This document shows positions 62,886-64,000 of a stretch of 64,000 nt of DNA, one piece after another. The position numbers were made by a program, and so were the translations under genes. The notes beneath the pieces are model-generated. The model worked only from the letters and a program-made list of their open reading frames with translations, was not told the DNA's origin and ran no database searches. Positions within the stretch are counted from its first letter, which is position 1. Every line of letters begins with the position of its first letter. This DNA comes from Aplysia californica (Eukaryota), in assembly GCF_000002075.1 (NCBI RefSeq), contig NW_004797366.1, positions 936,554-1,000,553 of the forward strand, in the 5' to 3' direction.

Positions 62886-64000
62886 TTTAGGTCTAGGGAA
62901 GAGGTGGGCCACCCCCCTGAAGAGCCAAATCTAGAGGTCTAGTGTAATTTTGCATATAATAAAAACAAACTAACAAAGATTGTTTCCAGCTCAGGGAGGC
63001 AAATTCCTTTCCTTTTCAGGGCGGTTTGAGTGCATGGCGTGGAAAAGACGTTTTCGTCAAAGAAAAAGTTGAAATACTTGATTTTTGAAACTCGCAACTT
63101 TACCACAAAGAGGAGCAAAACAGATCGAGTAAGTGTAACAATAGTTACAGAACTTATCTAATAACATATTTTTCATTTGTTTTCCTTGTCTTAACTGCCA
63201 GTTGAAGAAGACATAATATATTTGAATAGTTAGACTACCAATATGGGGAGAAGAAGGCCACCATCGGCCCAGTTCTCCCCACGTGTGGCCCACTTCCCGC
63301 CAGTCGTAGAAAAATAATCTTCCACATACTTCCATGCTATTTTAGACATTATTACCTATTTTGTTAGAATATAAGATAAAGATAGAAGCTTAGATCTTGA
63401 GCTAGACTTTTAAAACAAATTTAATCTTGGGGTAGTATTGTAGTAGTCTGCCATTTCCGAGTTTTCCCTCACTGGTGCTCTAGTGTGATACTGTGTACCT
63501 GCTTCTTTCTAGTCTTTCGGTATGAACCAGCGTCCCAAAGACACGCATTAAATGATTTCTTCTTCTTTTTTTTGTTTAATCTCTAGGGACAATGCTGCGT
63601 ATTAAAGGAAGGGCGCATAGTCCCAGCCTTACCTGATACAATGAACTTCATAACCCCAGCAACGCGACGAAGCATTCGTCAAGCTCAAAATACCACTTCC
63701 AAATAGAGCTGGGCAATACAACATCATTGTCAAGGTCGACACAGGCGCATAGGGCACACGCTGCCCCAGCGCATGTTGAGGGAACATGTTCCCTGAGCAG
63801 CTGACAACGGAGGGGATCCCAGCCAAACAGATCTTTAAAAAAAGATAAAGGCAGTACAAGGCTGATTGCCTACAACGGCACAGACATTTCTTGCCTTGGC
63901 AAGATAGATCTAGTTCGTTCCTGTCGTTACAGAGGCTAATGGCTGGAAACAGGATTCTTCAGCGTAGACGTAGAAGGACCCGCCATCATTCGACTGCTGT

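Overview
Eukaryotic, intron-rich and repeat-rich invertebrate genomic DNA with many N gaps; probably molluscan or lophotrochozoan, judged from repeat content only. Protein-coding content: (1) the first two coding exons of serum response factor (SRF, minus strand, MADS box), with three perfect CArG boxes about 300 bp upstream; (2) head-to-head with it, a complete 17-exon triokinase/FMN cyclase (TKFC/DAK) gene that I assembled by hand to 587 aa; (3) two intronless tandem paralogues of a hAT-transposase-derived ZBED-like gene, each with two BED fingers and a broken DDE triad, which looks like domestication; (4) a decayed, internally deleted P-superfamily (THAP9-like) element. The most unusual observations are: perfectly palindromic 34-bp micro-elements, each with its own 8-bp target-site duplication, sitting at the end of the P-like element; at least four unrelated short retroposon bodies sharing a 3' stem-loop with compensatory base changes, two of them with fixed 5' ends but no Pol III head; and a 7-copy minisatellite that multiplies a TKFC 5' splice site behind an in-frame stop. 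All coordinates and alignments were read by eye and no searches were run.
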